Shown in pieces: positions 25,400-32,000 of a stretch of 32,000 nt of DNA; the first letter of the stretch is position 1, and each line of letters starts with the position of its first letter. The stretch comes from Geotalea daltonii FRC-32 (GTDB lineage Bacteria > Desulfobacterota > Desulfuromonadia > Geobacterales > Geobacteraceae). The position numbers were made by a program, and so were the translations under genes. Location: NCBI RefSeq assembly GCF_000022265.1, contig NC_011979.1:3870001-3902000 (forward strand). Reading direction: 5' to 3'. The notes beneath the pieces are model-generated. The model was not told where the DNA came from. It made no database searches and was given only the letters and a program-made list of their open reading frames with translations.

Positions 25400-28300
25400 C
25401 TACTCCACAGGAATTCGGATAGTGAAGGTCGTTCCCTGTCCCGGTTCACTGGTAACATCTATAGTCCCTTTATGTTTGTTGATGATGTCGAAACTGATGG
25501 AAAGACCTAGTCCAGTTCCTTTTCCCACTTCCTTGGTTGTGAAGAATGGATCGAAAATCTTGCCGATCACCTCCGGCGGAATCCCGCAACCGGTGTCGCT
25601 GATGGCAATGCAGGCGGTCTTGTCCTCGCACCAGGTCGCAATCCTGATTTCCCCACGCTCCTTGATGGCATGGGCGGCATTGATCAGCAGATTGAGGAAT
25701 ACCTGGTTCAGCTGCTGGGGAAAGCATTTGACCTGGGGCAGTTCGCCGTAATCCCGGACCAGCGTCACCTTGTATTTCAACTCATTCCAGGCGACCATGA
25801 TAGTACTTTCCAGGCATTCGTGAAGGTCCATATACTTGCTTTCCGCATTGTCGATCCGGGAAAAGGATTTCAGGTTCTGGACGATATGTTTGACCCGCTC
25901 GGCCCCCTCTGTCGACTCGGACAACAGGCTCCGAGCATCATTGAGTATGTAGTCCAGCTTGCATCTGGCGCTCAGTTCGGCGATCTCCGTCCGGACCTCG
26001 GCCGGGGCGGTGTCGTTAATGGCTGCGCTCTGGGCGGCAATAATTCCCTGAAGCCGCTCCAGGTACTTGCCCATTGTCCCCAGATTGCTTGAAATGAAAC
26101 CGATGGGGTTGTTGATCTCATGGGCAACACCCGCCGCAAGCTGGCCGAGGGAAGCCATCTTTTCATTCTGGAGCAATTGTTTGTGGGTGGTTTTCAGATC
26201 CTCGTAAGTCCGAAACAACTCCTGGGAAACCAGCTTGATCTGGGTCAGGTCATGGAGAGTAATGACTGCCCCGTCAGCATCCCCGTAAGGGTAGCTGCTC
26301 AGATCGAACCAGCGGTTGGTTGGCTCATGATGGAACTCGATCTTCCTGCTGTCCCGGTCGAAGGTAAAACCGAGGGAGGCGCAAAGATCGGGCCATTTGC
26401 TGGAAATGAGGCCGGTATAGGAAATGCCGCAGAATTCCATGAACGACTTGTTGCAGCGTCTGACATGATCCTGGCCATCTACGAGTATGATCATGTCGTC
26501 GATGCAGTCCATTGTCTTTTCCCACTCCCGCTTGCCCTGCTCCACCTGCCTGAACAGGTTGCGGAGTTCTTCATGTTTCACCACCAGCTCAGCCTGCTGT
26601 TTTCTCAGAGCCCGCTCGTTATTTCTCAGTTCGGTAATGTCCTCCTCGGCAATAACGAGATTAGTTATTGTCCCGTCCGGGTCCGTCACCGGCATCACGG
26701 TGACAGTCTGCCAAAAGGCGGTTCCATCTTTCTTTCGGCTCATGAGTTGCACCTGCCAGGCATCTCCTGCAGTTAGGGTCTGCCACACTTGATGGTACAG
26801 CTGCGGCGATTGCTGCTCCGGATCGAGAACCGGCGGTTTCCGCCCCAGTATCTCCTCTTTGCTGTATCCGCTGATTTCGCAGAATTTCCGGTTCACATAC
26901 TGGATCGAGCCTTCCAAATCGGTAATGATGATTGAGCTGGCGCTTTGATTGATGGCCTCGGAAAAGAGCCTGAGGCTGTCCTCCGCTGTCTTACGCTCGG
27001 TGATGTCGTAAATGGTTTCTACGACGGCCACCTTTTTGCCGTCACTGAAGATGGGGGCGGCATCTAAGATCAGATAGCGTTTTTCTCCGTTGGGCATTTC
27101 AAACCACTGTTCGCAGCGAATGGATTTCTTGACAAAGGGATCTTTGAAACAGTGCTGGTAACAGCGCTCGATGTCCCCATTGAGACCATCCAGAACCAGG
27201 TCGCTCAGGGTCGGTCGTTGATCCCCATAAAAAGGCTGCCATTGCAGGCTGGTCCCCAGGACATCGGCGGCGGCCTTTCCCGTCAGTTCCACCATGGCAC
27301 GGTTCCAGGCAATGACCTTATGATCGGCATCGATGACGAAAACCGGCGTAAGAATGCTATCGACGATACTTTCGCTGAAGACTCTCTGGTCATTAAGTCT
27401 CTGCTCCAGGATGATCCGGTGGGTGACGTCCCTGAAACTGGCGCGGATTGCTATGCGGCTGCCGTCCGATGCGACAACGGTATGACAGACATGGTTGAAC
27501 CACCTGGTCTCTCCGTTTTTGGTGATGATCCTGATGTCGAAGCTTCTACCGCATCCTTCTTCGTCCGGCAGTTCACAGTGATGGAGCCATGCGTCCAGGT
27601 CCTCGGGATGAACGATTTTTTCGAGAAAGCGGGGATTACCGTGGAACTCCTCTTCCGTGTAGCCGGTCAGCTTGAGGCAGTTGCCAGACACATATCGTAC
27701 GGACTTGTCCGGATTGAACAGGATTGCCAGTTCCGAAGTGAACTCGGCGAGAATCTTGTAAAGCTCCCGGTTCTCGTGGAGCAATTCCTGCTTTTCGTCC
27801 ATCTGGAGAATCATCTCGTTGAAGGCTGCAGCCAGGGAACCCAACTCGTCGCGGGTATCGATATGAATAAACCTTCCTTCTCCCCGTTTTGCCGACAGTT
27901 TCTTCACATGGGCAGTCAGCCTTACTACGGGGCCGACGATTTTTCCCGTCACGAAATAGGCAATAACCAGGGAGGCAACAAAAGCCATGCAGAACATGGC
28001 AGCCATGAAGTAGTTGATCCGACTTATGGGTGCATAGGCCTCGGAAAGAGGATAATGAATGGCTAGTATCCAGTCGGCATTGACCAGGGGTTTGAAGGAT
28101 GAAATCCCTTTGGCGCCCATACTGTTCGTATTCTCCATGCTGCCGGTAAAGTTGCTTTCGATGGCAGAATCGAGCCCAGGGTTTGCGCCCGACAGAATAG
28201 TCTCGGTAATGCGTCGCTGGTTTGGATGCATGATCAGCATGCGCTTCCTGTTGACCAGGTAGATGAAACCCTTATTGCCGATCCGTAGTTTGTTCAGATC

Positions 28301-28852
28301 GGCAAGGTAGCTGTCATGCAGCAGATCGTTGGAACCGGCAAGAACACCGATGGCCCTGCCATCATGAACAATAGGGACACTCAGGGTGACCATAGGATGG
28401 TGGGGGGACGCGGCCTCTATATAGGGGTTGGAAAGAAATGTTTTGCCGTGCTTGAGGGGAAAGGAGACATAGTCCTCGTTCAGCAATGACTTGGTCGGGG
28501 CGGCGCCCTCAGAACCTGTTTTCGCAACGACACGTCCCTTAGTATCGATGATGCACAACCCACCGTTGAAGTGCTGTTTGTCTTTCCATAAGGAAATGAT
28601 CTTACGGTTAGTTTCAGTATCTCGAAGGTCCTTGTCGGCAAGATCCAACGCCAGATGCTCCAGCATATGCCGTGAATGGGCAATCTGCTCGTCGAGCGGC
28701 CCCGCGACCAAGGACAACAAAGCGGACTGCTGCTTTGCAACCTCATCCTTGAGTACCTCGATCACATAGTGATGACCAATGACACTGATCGCTCCCATTA
28801 AAAGCGAAACAAAGATGGAAATGATTGTCGCGGTTTTTGTTTTGATGCTCAT
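25400..28852 (-). CDS. Membrane sensor histidine kinase: TM-dCache-like periplasmic domain-TM-HAMP-4xPAS-HisKA-HATPase_c
   Basis: Roughly 1150-1162 aa. The start is either the ATG at 28852 (MSIKTKTATIISIFV) or the GTG at 28888. The periplasmic region lies between TM segments at about aa 20-40 and 290-315. Four PAS-like blocks follow. H-box: [26 protein letters not shown]-boxes: DTGCGI and GKGTGLGLS. Confidence 0.9.
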   Translation of the reverse strand: MSIKTKTATIISIFVSLLMGAISVIGHHYVIEVLKDEVAKQQSALLSLVAGPLDEQIAHSRHMLEHLALDLADKDLRDTETNRKIISLWKDKQHFNGGLCIIDTKGRVVAKTGSEGAAPTKSLLNEDYVSFPLKHGKTFLSNPYIEAASPHHPMVTLSVPIVHDGRAIGVLAGSNDLLHDSYLADLNKLRIGNKGFIYLVNRKRMLIMHPNQRRITETILSGANPGLDSAIESNFTGSMENTNSMGAKGISSFKPLVNADWILAIHYPLSEAYAPISRINYFMAAMFCMAFVASLVIAYFVTGKIVGPVVRLTAHVKKLSAKRGEGRFIHIDTRDELGSLAAAFNEMILQMDEKQELLHENRELYKILAEFTSELAILFNPDKSVRYVSGNCLKLTGYTEEEFHGNPRFLEKIVHPEDLDAWLHHCELPDEEGCGRSFDIRIITKNGETRWFNHVCHTVVASDGSRIAIRASFRDVTHRIILEQRLNDQRVFSESIVDSILTPVFVIDADHKVIAWNRAMVELTGKAAADVLGTSLQWQPFYGDQRPTLSDLVLDGLNGDIERCYQHCFKDPFVKKSIRCEQWFEMPNGEKRYLILDAAPIFSDGKKVAVVETIYDITERKTAEDSLRLFSEAINQSASSIIITDLEGSIQYVNRKFCEISGYSKEEILGRKPPVLDPEQQSPQLYHQVWQTLTAGDAWQVQLMSRKKDGTAFWQTVTVMPVTDPDGTITNLVIAEEDITELRNNERALRKQQAELVVKHEELRNLFRQVEQGKREWEKTMDCIDDMIILVDGQDHVRRCNKSFMEFCGISYTGLISSKWPDLCASLGFTFDRDSRKIEFHHEPTNRWFDLSSYPYGDADGAVITLHDLTQIKLVSQELFRTYEDLKTTHKQLLQNEKMASLGQLAAGVAHEINNPIGFISSNLGTMGKYLERLQGIIAAQSAAINDTAPAEVRTEIAELSARCKLDYILNDARSLLSESTEGAERVKHIVQNLKSFSRIDNAESKYMDLHECLESTIMVAWNELKYKVTLVRDYGELPQVKCFPQQLNQVFLNLLINAAHAIKERGEIRIATWCEDKTACIAISDTGCGIPPEVIGKIFDPFFTTKEVGKGTGLGLSISFDIINKHKGTIDVTSEPGQGTTFTIRIPVE

Positions 28853-29056
28853 GCTGATGGTCTTCACCTGAGTTCCCCGGACATGCACCCGATTAAATCA
28901 TTCAGGAGCTGCAACTGAAAGGTGTTCCGTACTTGAAACATCTATCGGTTCGGGGACCGGAAACTTAAATCCGCAAATTTATCAGCTGATGCTCTAAAGT
29001 TGCCGGCATAAATGCCGAAAGGGATCAGTAGACGGGCAAATCAACGACGGAGAGAG

Positions 29057-29458
29057 ATGATGAAAATTCTTCTGGTGGATGACAGCTTTATCACGAGGCA
29101 GTGGATCAAGGACACATTGTCTCCACTGGGCGAATGTGACATAGCCGCCAATGGTGAGGAAGCGATATTGGCTTATAAACTGGCCTTCGAGGCTCAGAAA
29201 CCATACGACTTGATCTGCATGGATCTGTTGATGCCGGTCATGGACGGCAACCAGGCCCTACGGGCAATCAGGGCCGTAGAGCAGGCATCGAGAATTTCAG
29301 CTGTTCATCAGGTCAAGGTCATCATGATTACCGCTTGTGATGATCCCAAGACTCGCCTGGATCCCACTTTCCTGAATGGGTCCACTGCTTTTTTGGTCAA
29401 ACCGTTCACCGCTGAGGACCTTCTGCAAGAGATCATAAATCTTGGCCTGTATCAGTGA
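29057..29458 (+). CDS. Single-domain CheY-like response regulator
   Basis: The sequence starts MMKILLVDDSFITRQ, with the phospho-acceptor region LICMDLLMPVMDG, then VIMITA and FLVKPF. GGAGAG lies upstream of the ATGs at 29057/29060. The receiver subtype differs from the five operon REC domains: there is no KPW motif. Confidence 0.85.
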   Translation: MMKILLVDDSFITRQWIKDTLSPLGECDIAANGEEAILAYKLAFEAQKPYDLICMDLLMPVMDGNQALRAIRAVEQASRISAVHQVKVIMITACDDPKTRLDPTFLNGSTAFLVKPFTAEDLLQEIINLGLYQ

Positions 29459-31413
29459 GTTAAAGTTTCCCTCTGCACTCCCTCTTCTTCACCATGGTGG
29501 TCCTTGCCCAGCACAGGCAAGGTAATGGTGAATCTGGTTCCTCTTCCCAGCTCGGACTCCAGGGTAATACCACCATTGTGCTTTTTGATGAGGTCATAGG
29601 AAATACTGAGCCCCAGCCCGGTCCCTTTCCCTACCTCTTTTGTGGTAAAGAAGGGCTCGAAGATCCGGTGCCGAATTTCTTCAGGAATTCCGACTCCGGT
29701 GTCAGCTATTGAAACGGAGATCTGGTCACCGTTATGGGAAGTGGCCACGGTGATCTCCCCTTGGGTATCGATTGCCTGGGCAGCATTGACAAGAAGGTTC
29801 AGGAACACCTGGTTGAGCTGCTGAAGGTTGCACTTCACTTTCGGCAGGACGCCGAATTCCTTCTTTACGGTGGCCTTGTATTTAATCTCGTTCCACACGA
29901 TATTAATGGTGCGGTCAAGACATTCATTGATATCAGCGAATAAATATTCCTTTGCATCAGCACGGGAAAATGTCTTGAGGTCAGTCACAATATCCCTGAC
30001 CCGTTCGGTGCCCTCCAATGATTCCTTGATCAACTGCTCCGCGTCTTTCCTGATACGGTCTATCTTAAGAGTTTTCCGCTTCAGTTCCAGTTCTTCCAGG
30101 TGCTCCGGAGCAACGTCGCTCAATTTTTCTTCCTGCAGGTCAATAAACTCGTTCATTCTGCTCAGATACTTGTTCAGCGTGGTGAGATTGCTTGAAACGA
30201 ACCCTATGGGATTGTTGATTTCATGGGCGACTCCGGCGGCCAGTTGTCCGATGGAAGCCATTTTTTCATTTTGCAGCATATGGAGTTGAGCCGTTTTAAG
30301 TTCTTCGCTCGAAGCTTTCAGCTCATGAGTCCGCTCCTCTACAATCTGTTCCAGGGACTGCTTCGAAACCCTCGTATTCGAAAGGTTGTCCAGCATTTTG
30401 TTGAAGGTCTTCCCCAGGGCCTCCACCTCTTCGTCGGACGAAATCTCAACCCTCTGAGACAGGTCGTCCTTTTCCATAATCGACTGCATCGTTGCTTCCA
30501 GGTCTTTTATCGGTCGCACAAACCTCCTGGTACGGAAGAAAACGACACAGGAGACAGCGGTGGCAGTAAGAAGCCCTATCAGCAGCATGTGCCAGAGCAA
30601 TTTTTCTACCGGGGCCAGAATGTTGCTGGAAGGAACCGATAGAACCAGTCTCCAGCCGAAGCCCTCGAATCCTTCGATACCCTGCAAGGGAAACACGGCA
30701 AAAAGTTTATCGTGCTCGGAAAAAACCCGCGCCTCTCTTTTCGGCAGCTTCCCTCCTGCCGCTTTGGCAAGAGTAGACGGATCAAGCTCCCCAAGAAGCA
30801 GATGTCCGGAGGAGCCGATGATAGCGGTCTTGAACTCTTCCGTAGTTTGCATGACGGCCGAGATCAAGGAAACATCGAATTTGGCAACCAGAACACCTTC
30901 GGGCAGCGACTGGTAAAAAATCGGGAACGCGAAAAGCACCTTGTGATGCTTCCCGTCATCGCTGATCTCGGCATGGGGACTGCCCCCCATCACCTTTTGC
31001 CGCCACCGTACATTCTCGAAGACATCATTGCTCGTACCAGCTCCGTTTTTAGCGATGATCCTCCCCTTATAGTCGAGAAGAAAAATATCAGCCTTGTCAC
31101 CCTCTTTGCCCGGCAGGGACAGCTTGCGCATGAAGGGAGCCAGATATGTCTCTCTCCCCAGTGTGTCGATGACGCTATTGATCATGAATGGATTGGCTGC
31201 AAGGTCCTGCGTTGCGCGCCACTTGATAGTCATATCCTCGTTTACCGCACGTGAAAAGTCGGCGGCCATCTGAGAAAGATGAACGCGAATTTCCCCTTCA
31301 AGCGCCTTCATGGCTGTCCGCGAAACGCTGAACATCATGATGCTGAGCGCCGTCAGGTCAAGAATAATAAAAAAGATAAGTATCTTGCCTTGAAGGCTCT
31401 TCAAATAGCCCAT
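29452..31413 (-). CDS. Membrane sensor histidine kinase (TM-Cache-like periplasmic domain-TM-HAMP-HisKA-HATPase_c)
   Basis: 653 aa. H-box: [26 protein letters not shown]-box: [12 protein letters not shown]-boxes: DTGVGI and GKGTGLGLS. Its 3' end overlaps the convergent CheY-like gene by 7 nt. Confidence 0.9.
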   Translation of the reverse strand: MGYLKSLQGKILIFFIILDLTALSIMMFSVSRTAMKALEGEIRVHLSQMAADFSRAVNEDMTIKWRATQDLAANPFMINSVIDTLGRETYLAPFMRKLSLPGKEGDKADIFLLDYKGRIIAKNGAGTSNDVFENVRWRQKVMGGSPHAEISDDGKHHKVLFAFPIFYQSLPEGVLVAKFDVSLISAVMQTTEEFKTAIIGSSGHLLLGELDPSTLAKAAGGKLPKREARVFSEHDKLFAVFPLQGIEGFEGFGWRLVLSVPSSNILAPVEKLLWHMLLIGLLTATAVSCVVFFRTRRFVRPIKDLEATMQSIMEKDDLSQRVEISSDEEVEALGKTFNKMLDNLSNTRVSKQSLEQIVEERTHELKASSEELKTAQLHMLQNEKMASIGQLAAGVAHEINNPIGFVSSNLTTLNKYLSRMNEFIDLQEEKLSDVAPEHLEELELKRKTLKIDRIRKDAEQLIKESLEGTERVRDIVTDLKTFSRADAKEYLFADINECLDRTINIVWNEIKYKATVKKEFGVLPKVKCNLQQLNQVFLNLLVNAAQAIDTQGEITVATSHNGDQISVSIADTGVGIPEEIRHRIFEPFFTTKEVGKGTGLGLSISYDLIKKHNGGITLESELGRGTRFTITLPVLGKDHHGEEEGVQRETLTH

Positions 31414-31424
31414 AACCAGCCTGC

Positions 31425-32000
31425 CTATCGGCGTGGCATGATCGTCCCGTCCCGATCGTAAATCGCCAGGTGGTAATCCGAGGCGTTCAGCCCCTCATGC
31501 CGCTGAGGGGTAAACGGAGGCCGGTATGTTTTGACAAGGCCCGAATAGGAGTTGATCTTTTCCATGGCATTGCGCACTTTTGCCCGATCGATGGTTCCCG
31601 CCTTGTCAATGGCCAGCGCCAGAATATGTACCAGGTCATAAGCGTGGGCAGTACCGACGGGGGCCATAATTTCCCGCTCGCTTCCGGCCTTGAACATGGT
31701 CTTGTAGCGATTGATCACCTCTCGCGCCTTTTTCCCTCTTGCGTTCATAAATGAATAGGTCTGAAGAAACTGCAATTTAACACCTTTCAGTCCATCCCCT
31801 GCACTCCCGCGGAAATTTCCCCCTGTTATTCCCCAGTGAGAGATTATTGGAAGTCTCACCTTTTCCGGTCTCAGCGCCATGTGCCTGACGATTGCACCAC
31901 CCTCCGGAGCATTGGCCACCATGATCACCGCATCCGCCCCTGCTTTTTCGAAAGCAATCAATTGAGTCGTCATGTCCGTGTCCCCCAGATAGAACCACTG
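31425..32000 (-). CDS. Periplasmic substrate-binding protein, type-1 PBP (Leu/Ile/Val-binding / ABC-type), N-terminus outside the window
   Basis: The frame is open to 32000 (QWFYLGDTDMTTQLIAFEKAGADAVIMVA ...). Typical LivK-like C-terminal lobe sequence is present (GTAHAYDLVHILALAIDKAGT). The stop lies 11 nt upstream of the kinase start, so the two are probably co-transcribed. Confidence 0.8.
   Translation of the reverse strand, partial: QWFYLGDTDMTTQLIAFEKAGADAVIMVANAPEGGAIVRHMALRPEKVRLPIISHWGITGGNFRGSAGDGLKGVKLQFLQTYSFMNARGKKAREVINRYKTMFKAGSEREIMAPVGTAHAYDLVHILALAIDKAGTIDRAKVRNAMEKINSYSGLVKTYRPPFTPQRHEGLNASDYHLAIYDRDGTIMPRR

Noticed and set aside
28989-29006. Possible sigma-54 promoter on the minus strand upstream of the big operon (GCCGGCAACTTTAGAGCAT, with GG-N10-GC spacing satisfied)
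   Set aside because: The -12 element reads AGAGCAT instead of TTGCA/T, and the -24 element is CGGCAA. The match is too weak to call without a position-weight-matrix score or transcription-start data.
1-32000. Search for mobile-element genes, phage genes, toxin-antitoxin pairs or known defence-system genes, including at the edges of the low-GC block
   Set aside because: No ORF in the six-frame track shows transposase (DDE), integrase (tyrosine or serine recombinase), nuclease/helicase defence or phage structural motifs that I can recognise. I noticed no terminal inverted repeats or duplicated target sites at about 17866 or about 23070.

Overview
Chromosomal segment with no rRNA, tRNA, CRISPR, transposase or integrase genes that I could find. 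Gene content (MglA-type GTPase, sigma-54 activator, CcdA/thioredoxin set, many PAS/Cache kinases) suggests a Desulfobacterota/deltaproteobacterium-like organism, but that is a guess. Left half (1-17 kb) is housekeeping or accessory metabolism: a partial TPR protein, ptsP (GAF-EI-Ntr), a LemA lipoprotein, pyruvate carboxylase, a parvulin/SurA-like PPIase, ferritin, an NfeD-SPFH(stomatin) pair, an NtrC-type sigma-54 activator, a decaying stretch (frameshifted Fe-S/CCG oxidoreductase, a 64-codon moeA stub, a 5'-truncated permease), then a thioredoxin-like/thioredoxin/CcdA cassette. Right half (17.3-32 kb) is almost pure signal transduction. The main item is an ~11.6 kb, eight-gene minus-strand operon (17282-28852): 2 histidine kinases, 5 paralogous receiver proteins (two with HD-GYP outputs), an MglA-type Ras-like GTPase, and an orphan GspE/PilB-type ATPase carrying an N-terminal receiver and a C-terminal double zinc ribbon. 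No pilus/T2SS structural genes, no MglB and no GGDEF protein lie nearby. This is my best candidate for an undescribed system, though its function is only inferred. The central part of that operon has lower, patchy G+C, and the shift falls at a domain boundary inside one HD-GYP gene. Smaller non-coding oddities: a 117-nt unit closed by a 17-bp perfect stem plus a terminator (4101-4257), four 17-nt direct repeats (13274-13371), and tandem hairpins (9015-9093). All calls come from reading the ORF translations and the sequence by eye. No database searches were run.
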